64,000 bases of DNA, taken from positions 5,711 to 69,710 of the forward strand of contig JAQGDQ010000657.1 in assembly GCA_030141605.1 (NCBI GenBank). Reading direction: 5' to 3'. The position numbers and the translations under genes are program-made. The notes beneath the pieces are model-generated. The model made no database searches. It saw only the letters and a program-made list of their open reading frames with translations, and was not told the origin of the DNA. Below, in pieces: positions 14,361 through 45,668 of the stretch. Every line of letters begins with the position of its first letter. Positions within the stretch are counted from its first letter, which is position 1. This stretch comes from Tubiluchus corallicola. Lineage: Eukaryota > Animalia > Priapulida.

Positions 14361-15177
14361 AGGAAGAAAAACAATAGGATGATAGTCCGGCATCACACAA
14401 AGCCCTGCAGTAAGAAAAGAGACGCACTGTGGCAAAAACTTGAAAAAAAAGAACTGTAAAGGTAAGTGACCTAGCATTCTAGCTGTAGCACTTGAATCAA
14501 CGTCACTTGATATATATATATATGTGCTAAACCAAACTTTCAGTACTAGAATGAGAAAAAAATGAATCATAGTCCGGCTCGGCAAACATTGTTCATAGAT
14601 ATTTTATAATATGTATATCTTCAACAAAGAGTGACTCTGTGAAACAAGTTGTCATCTATGCTTTAGTGTAATAATCCTAGTTATTACGTAACATTATGCC
14701 ACCATCCTGGCTAATTGTGACCTGTATGTCAACCATTTGGATGCTCACGCAAAATTCAGATGTTGTGGTGACACTACGATAATAAAAGACTTGAAGGTTT
14801 ATGGTACAGCCATGATGAAACAGATGCTAAAATAAGTTTGCATGCTTCTTTCATTAGCAAGCTGTTACAGTCTGACGAGATAGTAGTTTGTGCAGCAGAT
14901 ATTGATGCTGACCTTTTAGTCCGTCACCACGATCCAACATCTTACTGTCTGGATGCAGACAGGTATTACATTAAGAAATAACATTTAGTTTGTTAACTTG
15001 TCGAAAGTTACTGAAACTTTGGGACCACTTACATGCTATGCATACTATGCTTGCATGCGTTGAATGGGAATGAGAGTGAATACACTCCTTTGCTTTAAAT
15101 CAACTTGTGTGACTGCAGTTGCCAACTCGGGGGACTATGCGCATTTGTGCAAAATGTCAGAAAAGCAAAAGTGAGTG

Positions 15178-15627
15178 CACTAAAACCTCGGTTCATGTAT
15201 TACAAGCAACTAGGTGTGCGAACAATTTTTCGGCTCTGTTTTACTACCAAGTTCGGTATGTGAATGGATGAAAAATCTATACTACTAGCCACACGGCCAC
15301 CAATCACATGGCCTCAATTCAAGCTCACTTGTTCTTGGCCGCGTGCAGTGTACACATTGTTCAGGAGTGTGCTGTACTATAAATCATTACGTTTCGCTTT
15401 TTTAGTGAGTTTTAGCCCTCACTATGGCTCCAAAGAAAGAGAAACTGTCTAGTGATTTGACAATTTTGACCAAAAAACACTAAAACCACAAAAATATAAA
15501 TAAAATGCACCATGTTTTGAGGCTAAAATGGATTAAATGTATTTAAATTAATTTTAACAGGCAAAATTGATTCAGTGAAAGGAACAGGTGCAGGAATGAA
15601 TTAAGTTCCTGAACTGAGGTCTTACTG
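15178..15627. mobile_element. pogo/Tigger-type MITE, second full copy
   Basis: CACTAAAACCTCGGTTCA ... TGAACTGAGGTCTTACTG|TA; colinear with 10633-11224. Confidence 0.65.
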
Positions 15628-15629
15628 TA

Positions 15630-16610
15630 GAAATAACAATTATACATTACAAATAACAGTTTTCAATTCCACCTGGAGGATGTTTAGTTATCGGACAGGG
15701 TCAAGATTATGTAGGTGGCAGATTTGACAAACACTCAAAGTTTCAAGGGGAAAATTTTCGATCTTAACATCAATTCATGAAGCAGCAGAAATGGCATACA
15801 ACTGTTTAAACCTGGCGATTTCTTCACTTGGAATAATCCTCACATAGAGTTCAAAGGTATTAGAACAAAGTCTAATGCTACTGATCTCTATTTAATATAA
15901 ATAACAGTTATATATTACAAACAAAGATTTTCATTTCCGTCCAGTGGCTCCTTGCTGTTTGGGCAAGACCAGGATTTTGTAGGTGGTTTTGACGCAAAAT
16001 AATCACACTGATGTAGAACAAAGTCTAATACTACTGATCTCTAATTAATATAAATAACAATTACATATCAGAAATAATGATTTTCAATTCCACTCCGTGG
16101 AAGTTTATTATTTGGTCAGGATCAAGATTTTTTAGGTGGCAGATTTGTTGCAAAATAATCACACTGATGTAGAACACAGTCTAATGCTACTGATCCCTAG
16201 TTAATACAAAAAACGATTATATATTGTAAACAATGATTTTCAATTCCACCAGGTGGATGCTTCATTATTGGGCAAAGCCAGGACTTTGTAGATGGCAGAT
16301 TTGATGCAACATAATCACATTGATATAGAACAAAATCTAATGCTACTGATCTCTATTTAATATGAATAACAGTTATATATTACAAACAAAGATTTTCATT
16401 TCCCTCCAGCGGATCATTAATATTTGGTCAAGACCAGGATTATGTAGATGGAAGATTTGAGGCAACACAAAGTTACAAGGGAGACATTGCCGATATTAAC
16501 GTCAATTCGAGAAGCAGCAGTAATAACTTATAACTGTTTAAACCTAGCAATTTGTTCACTTGGGATGACTGTGACATGGAGCTCAGAGGCAATCGTAAGA
16601 AGGCCTAGTG
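15630..16610 (+). pseudogene. Pentraxin cassettes, cluster 5
   Basis: Five GQxQD units, near-identical to cluster 2. Confidence 0.8.
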
Positions 16611-17009
16611 AAAGGAAGAAAAACAATAGGATGATAGTGCAGAATCACACAAGGCCGTGCAGTAAGAAAAGAGATGCACTGTGGCAAAAACTTGACAAAA
16701 AAGAACTGTAAAGGCAAGTGATCTAGCATTCTAGCTGTAGTACTTGAATCAACGTCACTTGATATATATATATATATATGTGCTGAACCAAACTTTCAGT
16801 ACTAGAATGAGAAAAATCTTAGTCTGGCTCGGCAAACAATGTTCCTAGATATTTTATAATATGAATATCTTCAACAAAGAGTGACTCTGTGAAACAAGTT
16901 GTCATCTATGCTTTAGTGCAATAATCCTAGTTATTACGTAACATTATGCCACCGTCCTGTGTAATTGTGACCTGTATGCCAACCATTTGGATGCTCACGC
17001 AAAATTCAG

Positions 17010-17427
17010 ATGTCGTGGCGACAATACGATAATAAAAGAATTGAAGATTTATGGTGCAGCCATGATGAAACAGATACTAAAATAAGTTTGCATGCTTCTT
17101 TCATTAGCAAGCTGTTACAGTCTGATGAGATAGTAGTTTGTGCAGCAGATAGTGATGCTGATTTTTTAGTCCATCACCATGATCCAACAGCTTACTGTCT
17201 GGATGCAGACAGGTGTTACATTAAGAAACAACATTTAGTTTGTTAACTTGTCGAAAGTTCCTGAAACTTTGGGACCACTTACATGCTATGCATACTATGC
17301 TTGCATGCATTGAATTGGGAATGGGAGTGACTACACTCCTTTGCTTTAAATCAACATGTGTGACTGCAGCTGCCAACTAAAGGGGCTATGTGCATTTGTG
17401 CCAAATGTCAGAACAGCAAAGTGAGTG
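17010..17427 (+). pseudogene. Decayed PIN/XPG(FEN1)-like nuclease + CXC fragment (best of 4 copies; others near 8680-9092, 12140-12555, 14760-15177)
   Basis: LWCSHDETDTKISLHA..IVVCAADSDADFLVHH resembles the L.C.HEEADT...LHA...V.S.DTDV motif. It is followed, across frameshifts, by LGPLTC..ILCLHALN(G) (HALTGCD-like H3TH motif) and CDCSC...C..C. Confidence 0.55.
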
Positions 17428-18479
17428 CAGTAAAACCTCGGTTCATGTATTACAAGCAACTCGGTGTGCGAGCTATTTTTCAGCTCTGTTTTACTACCAT
17501 GTTCGGTATGTGAATGAATGACGAATCTACACTCACTTGCAATAATTCTCACATAGTGTTCAAAGGTATTAGAACAAAGTCTAATGCTACTGATTTCCAT
17601 TTTAATATAAATAACAGTTATATATTACAAACAAAGATTTTCAGAGACAAAGAAACCAGAGAAATTTTGCGAGCAGTTGGCTACTGCCTACAATTTTAAA
17701 AGTATGGACAGTGCATATTACCGTTGGAACTATAAACATTTGTGTAGCAGATCTACATTACATACATGTATGTATGGATATACTGAGTATATTGTAGGCA
17801 TACATAACGTGAACAGAAATTAGTAAACTCTGTGAACAACTGCTAATTTTGTGAACACATCAACACATACCAACTCTATTGAAAAGTAAGCCATTTATAT
17901 GTATGCATATAAACAATCCATGCATTTGAAACCTAATACATTTGGATGTAGGTGTTGGCATCTGGAATTCTGGGTACTTCAATGTGACACATGGTAACAA
18001 TTTTTTTAATGATATAGATGAATAATATGAGAGTAATTATTTGGTTTGCTTTGTAGTGGTATAAATTGTTTTCTGTGGTGTGTGTTTTTTATGTTTAACT
18101 TTGCTAAGTCTGAATCGCCAGCAGTTGACTTGAAGTCATTTAGATTATCTGCTTCAGAGAACCAACACAATGAATTCACGTCTTAGCAACGAGGACGCAA
18201 CAAAATGGCGCTCGGAATTGCTGTCAGAAACACAAACGCATTCCAAAAAATTTCTGCGAAAACCCCAGGGTCTTGTTACGCGCACCTGGGTAGCAGCATT
18301 TCCTGACGAGGATGCACAGCCTCTAACCGGCGGCTGAATTCGTCATGGGCAATTCCTCAAGAGGTGCTGTGTTGTGTGTAAAATGCGCCATAGAAAAAGG
18401 GAATCCTCACGAAAATGGAACATTTTGTCACGCGTCCTCACCATGAAATGGGCCGTATCGTTTTAAAAGCAGTATAAAA

Positions 18480-18970
18480 GTAGCACTTCACACAATGCAT
18501 CAACTATAAAGTCAGAAGGATAAACTGGTTTGTACAATTGGAAAATGTTAACAAACCAGAACTCCTAGACTTATATAGATACTATATTTATGTTTTCTCT
18601 AGCCGGGATAATAATGCTATAAATGCTTTTACAAATCTTGTCTCTGATGAATTCCTATCGTCTTTCGCCCGTATTTAAACAGTCTGTTGGTGATGAAATT
18701 TTACAACTCTCGTCGTGTTTTCTATATGCTGCTTTGTTTTTATTTATGATTATGTGAATTTTCATTAGAATTGGTAATTATGTTTATTATAATTGTACTC
18801 GGTGTTTTTCATTGTGTATAATGTGTGTAAATTTTTGTTACTAAGTACTAAAATATGTTTGTTATCTTTTATTATGTATGTATATAACGTTGCATTATAA
18901 TTTGTAACTATGTCTATTTTGTCGGGAAATCGCATATATGTTTCCCGAAGATAAATTTAATTTTATTTGT
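18480..18970 (+). mobile_element. Possible decayed CR1-type LINE 3' end
   Basis: YVFSSR..NA..NAF...LSSF weakly resembles the FFS.RV.N.WN.LP...SL..FK C-terminus, followed by a T-rich UTR. Confidence 0.3.
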
Positions 18971-20321
18971 CTATAGCATTTTTTCTAATTAATGAATTTT
19001 CCTTTAACTACAGTCTTATAATATAGCCTTGAATGTTAGACTTAGATTTGCCCTTAGAATAGGTCTGTAGGTAGTTCCAGACCATGCAAGTATGCATTGC
19101 ATGAAGCCCACTATTTAGATTAATTTATGAAGGAAAAGTTTATATAAGGCCGCTCTACATGAGCAACGAGAACAACTCTCTTAGCTTTCACTGGCTAATA
19201 GAGCAAGTCCCCCTATATAGGCCTATAGTGCTAAATTATAGTTAATATTATGGTGCACCTAACTTGAATTTATATTGTGCCTCATAAGGTGATTATTGTG
19301 CTTTGTGCATTGTGCTACTTGTAATAATTATGTTATTCATGTAAATGGTAGTATGCAAGTAAACACTTACTAACCTAATGCTTTATATTTGTGAAATTTG
19401 TTCTGTGTGTTCCTTGAATGAAATAATGATGTATTTTAATGTGGCTACATTTTAATCAATTCTTGTCTGCTTTTTATTGTTGGTTTGTGCTGTTTTGACA
19501 TAGGAAGTACAAATGACTAAATGAAAATGATTAAATGTTCAAAGTAGTAAGACACAAACAATTAAAGAAATACATATCGATGTTTGTTTTAAAAATGGAT
19601 AATCGCATAACCCTATATTAACAACAATCATAAAAAGATTTCTGACAGTTTCAGTCCTGTTACAAATAGATTACCAGGTTAACGTACCATAGGTTTCTCC
19701 CGAGTTTTATTAACGTAAAAATCATATACTATAAAACAAATTTTCGATACGAGCCACCACTGGTTAGTTGTTTGTTTGTATGTGCAACCTACCATAGCTT
19801 GTAATTATGAAACTGCGCCAAAAAAATGTGAACAGTAAATGTTGAGAACTCATCCAGTGCTCTGCTGTCCTCGTTTAATATATCCTTTGTTGAAGTCATG
19901 CTTGGGTTAACTTTATTACCAATGCATTTTATGAACAACAAATGTTAAAAAAAGGAAGAATAGTGAAACACAGGTAAAATTTTGCAGCTTGATCAGCTTT
20001 TATTTCCTGTTTGCCAAAGGCAATTATTTCAAATAAATATGTTTAAAAAAGTGTGCTGATATAAAAATTTCTGCACTGTTTTAATAATAGAGCTTATTTT
20101 ACTAAGTACAGTATTTGCATATATAATTTATAATGGCACTTTCGTTCTCAGTGGGCCATTAGCAACACCTTCTCAGGGCCTTGAATGTTGATGGACAGCT
20201 TCACCTTGAGCACGTTCAGTAATTGTTGGCTGCACAATTATATTCATTAATATAATCAGCAGCCTATCTAAGAAAGCTAGCTAGTGCAGTGCATTAGTTA
20301 CTGTCAACACCACTGCATCTG

Positions 20322-20680
20322 CACCACTGCACAAAATATATATAATAATCATAATTACTTGTATTGTTTTGTTTAGATTTTGGTGTCATCTAACTTTATT
20401 ACTTTTTGTTTTCACTTATACTGTTTTCATTTATACTTTGTTTTCATTTATACTGTTTATTATTATTATTTCTTTTCCTATTTGATTTTGTTATCCGCAG
20501 TCTCACCATTTACTTTTAATATACTAATTTAATTATTAGACAGGGCAGGAGACTAGATGACCCTATGGTCCTTCCCTGCCCTGCTCCACTACTATAATTA
20601 AGTAATAACTAAAAAAACTTGTCATGTCAAACAAATGGAGAAAATAAATGTTCTATGTCTATGTCTATGTCTATGTCTAT
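20322..20680 (+). mobile_element. LINE (CR1/L2-like) 3' UTR fragment with stem-loop and (ctatgt)n tail
   Basis: cagggcagg...cctgccctg hairpin, aataaa, then a tctatgtctatgtctatg tail; it interrupts one copy of a tandem duplication. Confidence 0.55.
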
Positions 20681-22789
20681 CTGTACATGGCCATATTATC
20701 GTGTCAATAAAGTGTTTATTTTAGCACACATACTGGTTAGCCTATCTAAGAAAGCTAGCTAGTGCAGTGCATTAGTTACTGTCAACACCACTGCATCTGT
20801 ACATGGCCATATTATCGTGTCAATAAAGTGTTTATTTTAGCACACATACTGGTTATCCTACAATTAATATTGCACATTCTCGTAAAAAAAAATGTAACAT
20901 CATAAGCTAAAACAGTCAATAGATTTACCTGTCAGATGTATAGTACAGTCTTGGTTTTCGACGCTTTCGATATTTGACCCGGATTCGGTTAGTTTTGATC
21001 TAACGTTGGGCCAGTTTCGGTAAATGATCACTATGAGTCGCTAAAACTCCCAAAATACTGACTGATGATCCAAGCAAGTAGGTGCAGAATGCCCGGGCTG
21101 GTCCTAAGACGCAGTCCGCCGCTGCCAGTCGTGGAAATTTGCATCAAATACACGCTACATGTAACTAGTCGAGCTTTGCCAGACAATTTAAAATTAACAC
21201 GTGGCACGGATTTTCATAGCATATCACTAAGATAAGAATAGAACGCAAAGGCTCGCATATTCGCAACTGCTTATTATGAACATCAAAAACAAGATGTATT
21301 AATAAAATAAACTTTTAGAGTCATAACTCACATGGCAATTAAAACTTTTTCAAGTTTCCACCAAAGCACAACATGATCACTAAAGATCTTGTCTGAAATG
21401 ACTGAAAGAAGACTGCTGTTCAGACAGCTCTCAGGCTTAACCACCCGAGAAAATTTGATCAGTTGCTTGCATAATTTTCGTTGTCACTTACGACTTTGAC
21501 ATGAGGTCCCTCCGAAGTGAATGCCTGGGTCGGTTTGTTGGTGTCCCCCATAAAGTAAAAATACTACAAAATAATGTTATATCGTTGTCAAGTTCCCTGT
21601 TCCACAGATATAATGAAATTAGAAAATCACAACTATAATGATGCAAGGCAAACATCTATATCTACACAAATTCTTTTCATCTCGTTCTGTTCCCACGTCC
21701 TGGGCGATGAATCATGAATTGCAACTGAGTATAACTATTTCTCAAACAAACAGATGATTCGGTTCATTGACTTTCAAAATAACATCACCATAATATCTAC
21801 TAATTTCTCAATTGCTTTGTGTTAAGTCTATTATAATTACAGCGTTTTGGTTACCATGTTGGTATTGTAGATTGACCTTATCTTTCTTTCTAGCAATTAC
21901 GGGTGTTTCTAGACAAGACGACCTAATAATCTTTTGCCACTCCGCCTCAATGCACTTGTTTATAGTTCCTAAATTGCATATTGCTGAAAAATTATATAAT
22001 TATTATAATTATGTGATATCGTTGCCCATAATGAAAAAAATTAATTGCAATTAGAATTCAAAGCTAGCTGTGACACAGATCATAATCACAACTGTCAGCA
22101 AATAATTGACATGCACAAATACACATATTAAAGCAAATCAGTAATTTTGTTTACATATGATTGTACTATATTTGTGTAACGTACTCTAGACCATAGCTAT
22201 CAGTACTGTCTAATTGGCCCGTTTCTTATATTCGAAAGAATACAATTTTGCTAATTTTCGAATTAATAGCAAGCGAATTGGGCGTACAGGAAAACTGGTT
22301 TTCCACAAACTGAAAAGGCGATGTAAATAATTTCAAAGGCCTTCAGACGATTAATTTAGACCACCCTTCGAGAATCTAGGCAAATGTTACTTTCATAGAC
22401 AATTTCGTCAAAATTACAAAGTATTAGAAAAGGCTTGAACTGCCTTTCTCGTTATTTATAACGTTAAAGTTGCTTTCATTTACTAATATTCTTCTAATTA
22501 ATTACCTTACTTTGCTTTAAAGTGTAATAGAATTGTCGAGTTTTGGGGCATTTCTGCCATCGATAGTTTTATTTGTCTCCCAGTGGACATTAGTATGTAA
22601 ATTATAAATAAGTGCAACTATAATGTTTCATAATAGTGGTGTGGTTAAATAAAAATTAAAAGGTTAATTTTTTTAAATTTTTTTAAAGTGAATATGTATT
22701 AATTTACAAATCAAATGGGCAAACATCAGTATAAGATATTGAAACTGCGATGGACCATTAATTGCATGTCTCGCTTAATATTGTGAAAC

Positions 22790-23165
<376 letters not shown>

Positions 23166-23938
23166 ATAGCTTCATGTACATGTATTTTACACAGCTGTTC
23201 CAAATTTTATGCTTTTGACATAAAATATACGATTTTTGTATGTTTTTGAATTATAACTCACTATAAGAGTCAATAACAAAAAAGCTAAAATTACAAGAAG
23301 CAGTAAAATACTTTATTATAGGCTTCGTACAGGCAGTAAAACTTCGATTTATTCTGATTTTAATAAGCAACTTTTGATAAGCTCAAGTACGTGTAAGATG
23401 TAGCCTATTATATTTATTTATACTTTAGTTCGTAAAATTTACTGCGCCTCTATTTCTGATCTTAATTATACAAAATAGTATGCTAAATTTTGTTGCGTGT
23501 ACCCATTAGTGCTCAACACGCCTTTATTCGCTAACTATTTTAAACTAAAGATGCTATAATAACGCTCAAATAGCTAGCAGTTCACAGACGAGGAAATTTT
23601 TCATGGCCTGTTTCTTGACAATTGAAGTAAACTTTTTCTTATGTTGCCAAATTTCGCTATAACATACCAAAACATTAATATTCTATGCTGATCACTATAT
23701 AAGCAATAATTTTAACACATTGCAAAATTACAATGAAATTTTAATATTTTTTACTTTGTGTAAAAACGAAGCTGATAATGGTGATACAAAACACTAAATT
23801 AAAGTAAAAACTATAATATTAATAATTATTATCCCTTATAAACTTTCTGTTAAATACACAAGTATCTATACACACTTTAATAAAATGCATTTTTTCGCAA
23901 CAAAAGTGACTGTTGATTTATACAAAGAACTACAAAAG

Positions 23939-23944
23939 TTTATT
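23939..23944 (-). promoter_or_regulatory. Candidate polyadenylation signal of the IF gene
   Basis: AATAAA on the minus strand ~130 nt after the stop; the hexamer is common in AT-rich DNA, so support is weak. Confidence 0.3.
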
Positions 23945-24075
23945 ATAAAATATTCACAGATGTTTACAAAAATTCTTGTCAGCACCAAAGAAACCCACTA
24001 CTGCAAAGCCTGTTCATGTCAGACTACTGTACATAGCCTTAGTTTCATTTCAAGCTACTGTACATGGTCGTAGTT

Positions 24076-42595
<18,520 letters not shown>

Positions 42596-43124
42596 TCTTG
42601 TGTACTACCTTTCACGCTAGCAAACACAAAGCAGAAGTGGAACAGACTGCACTTGGTTATGTCCAGCAGGAAATTGAGCAGCTACATTCACTTATTTACC
42701 TGTTCAGCAGTCTGAAAAAGTAAACAGAAAGATCATCAGGCGATGCATTTTTCTTCCCTGTAAAGAACAATGAAGAACATGTCAAAACACGATTACAATA
42801 TAATTGACTTATTAACACAAATGTGCTAAGACTTTTCAGTCAATGATACGCTTCGTCTGCATTAATTGAAATATGTCAAAATCTTTTTTGGCTTAACCTT
42901 TCCGCGATTTCAAATCGATTACATTTGGCTGCAGTTGTCCTTCCCCGATTCAAATGCATGGGTGTACATCTTTGAAATAATAAACCAGCATTAATTGGTT
43001 ATTCTTTAGAAAAACGGACATCAATTGCTGATCAAAAAGAACCTGGCGACAAATTTTATTAGATACACCACATCAATACATACATATATATAGTATGCTA
43101 TAGTATAGTATATATAGTCAATAC

Positions 43125-44615
43125 AATACTCAGTCAAGAAAATATCATTCCTTCCAACAATGATCCTATTTAGTAATTCCTTGACTCAGAAGAAAGAATT
43201 TCCAAATCAGAAGTGAATAGTTGTTTGACAATGAACGATGGACTATGCAGACATACAAAATTGCTTCGTTTAATTGCCAATCTTAAACATCCTGTTAGCT
43301 CTGTGATTTATGCAACAACCAGGTGGAACATCTCATATTCAGAAATGACACAGCAAAGAAGAAGAAAATCCAACTAAATAAAAAATGATGGCGCCTCAAA
43401 TTCATTTAAAAGCTCAGAAATGTTCAGTTTCAACGTCAAAGCTTTTATTAGCTGAGATTCTGTTTAAGATTCCATGTGACTAATTTGTGCAAGTGACGTG
43501 ACATGATATTACATGACATGCTTCTGATGACACTGCACGAAACGACCCATCCCAGTTACCGGCACTCTTTAAGGCACTTCCTCCTATTTTATCCAGTTTT
43601 TCGCTGGAAGACCGCGGCTTTTTAAGATAATCGTAAAATCGGAACTTATTGAACTAAGTTTTATCGATTCCTGAATTCATAATGATCCCAAAAACGGAAA
43701 AACAGGTTTTGTATAGACCTACCCGTAATCCAGACATTTAGTGTAAGTTTAAAACAGCTACGCCAGTTGAAATTTTACAAAACAGCATACAAGATACTTA
43801 AGCCTTCTGGACATATTATAAATGCACTTGTCGAATAACTTAACCATGACATAACCCTTATAATGTCGATTAGCAAATTACTGCATATTGAACGGTAGGC
43901 CTTACAGGGCTGTACCGGAAATTCAACTACTAGTGCATAAGTGAGTGGAAAATTCAAGTGAATGATGCAATGCATAGCAATGCAATGCTTGCGACATAGC
44001 AACATGGCAATGCATGCTAGCAATGCTAAAACTAGGTATAAAGTAGATGAATAAGTTACAGCTTTTGCAGCTAAAAACGGGCAGACGCTTTATAATTTTT
44101 TTTTATTTTTTTATTCGCAAGAAAAATGTTTATATATGTAGTATAGCGCAGTTTTTAATATGGCTTTATGTAGAAAAAAATACAAGGGTTTCAAATATCC
44201 TGACGCGCATCGAAACCACGAAAAGAACAATTTTGTGTAACATAGTTATTTTTATAACAAAAAAAAATTGGCCCGTAAATTTAAGTTACTCTATAATTTT
44301 CATGTTTTGCGCCGAGTATTTGCATTTGACAGCCAATTTGCTTGTTCAAAAATCAATTAAACAGTCAAGTCATATGTTCTACATTACTTAATAAAAGTGC
44401 TGATTAGACACTCTGTGGTGTGTTCTGTTGTAGTTCAGCAAACAGCACGTTTAAGATTGGCAATTAAACGAAGCAACGTTGTATGTCTATACTGTCCATC
44501 GTTCATTGTGAAAACAATTATTCACTTCTGATTTGTAATTGTTTTCTGCTGAGTCAAGGAATTTTTCAATAGAATCATTGCTGGAAGGAGTGATATTTTC
44601 TTGACTGAGTATTTC
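43125..44615. repeat. Inverted repeat pair (~175-bp arms at 43125-43300 and 44437-44615)
   Basis: aatactcagtcaagaaaatatc / gatattttcttgactgagtatt and ttgcttcgtttaattgccaatcttaaac / gtttaagattggcaattaaacgaagcaa. Confidence 0.75.
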
Positions 44616-45553
44616 ACACGTACGACTTTCTACATAAACTAAGTAATCGCTTTACTTTGTCAGGATGTCAATCTGTCTCTTTATTGCCTTTAATATTCAA
44701 ACGATTTTGACACTATTTAATTACCAACGGATTTTTATACTTGTCTCAAACAGAATTAATCAGGAAACGAATGAATTTGCAAGATTTGCATTGCATCTTC
44801 CAAGGAAAGATTCGTTTTGAAGTTTCTTCAATTTGCCACAGAGATTTGTAGTGAATCAGTTTCCAAGAAAAGATTCGTTCAGCATTCTCTAGTGTGAAAA
44901 TAATTTTAGGCCTATAACTGTTCTTATGGTAGCAATAGTTGCAACAAACTGTTCAGATAAATGGTCATTTCTTCACATTTAAACATAATTAAAAATAAAC
45001 TAAGAGCAGCTGCAAGATCAATTGTTTGCGATCAGCATCTTGTGGGTAGAAAACGAAAGTTGAACGAAATCGTTTCTTAGAAATCAAGAGAAACAATATT
45101 TCAATTTGTAACTAATGTTAGTTTTCCTGGTTTAGCAGAAAAGTTCATTATGTGTTTATGTTAATAAACGTGACTTTGATTATTTACTTATTTCACCATA
45201 AACTCTTTATATGACGTATAAACAACAAACAATTTGGTCATTTCCTTAGCTTTTGAAAAAAAGAAAAAGTTTTAAAATAGTTTGTCAAAAACGATTAATG
45301 CCGGAAAAATTGTGAAAGTCACAATTGTTAAAATTTGTAGCAAATGCTCTTTGTGTCCAGGATTTTCACTGCAAAATAAATACAGACGTTTCTTTCTACA
45401 ACTGATAGCTTCTCATTTACTTAAGGGGTAGTTGGTATCAGCACTCAACATATTTTGCGTTTAGTTCCTCTGCATCATACATCTCTTTGCAACCTTCCTG
45501 CACTTTCCCTTCAAGAGAATTCCAGGTACCGTTATTCAAACGAATGAAGAGAG

Positions 45554-45668
45554 CAAATCAACCAGGTTACATCGTGGTCTTCACCAGAAAACATAAAACA
45601 ATCATAAAAATTTTTTATGATTGTTTTATGTTTTCTGGTGAAGACCACGATGTAACCTGGTTGATTTG
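45554..45668. repeat. Perfect 57-bp-arm palindrome
   Basis: caaatcaaccagg...atcataaaaa-t-tttttatgat...cctggttgatttg, centred on 45611. Confidence 0.92.

Larger units (their letters stand above)
6955..17645 (+). repeat. Higher-order tandem array of pentraxin-domain cassettes, PIN-like remnants and MITEs
   Basis: Large blocks recur starting near 8363, 11803, 14435 and 16687 (aaaacttgaaaaaaaagaactgtaaagg...). Inside are runs of ~156-bp units (gtagaa at 7075, 7231, 7387). Confidence 0.9.

Noticed and set aside
6955-16610. Pentraxin array as an intact gene using stop read-through, an alternative code or mutually exclusive exons
   Set aside because: TAA, TAG and TGA all occur together with frameshifts and truncated units, and no consistent acceptor/donor pair bounding the cassettes was found.
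18170-18340. Short GC-richer ORF MNSRLSNEDATKW...
   Set aside because: Only ~55 aa, no recognisable motif or splice partner.
43520-43545. ctgatga...gaaac as a hammerhead ribozyme
   Set aside because: No pairing stem II or flanking stems could be formed.
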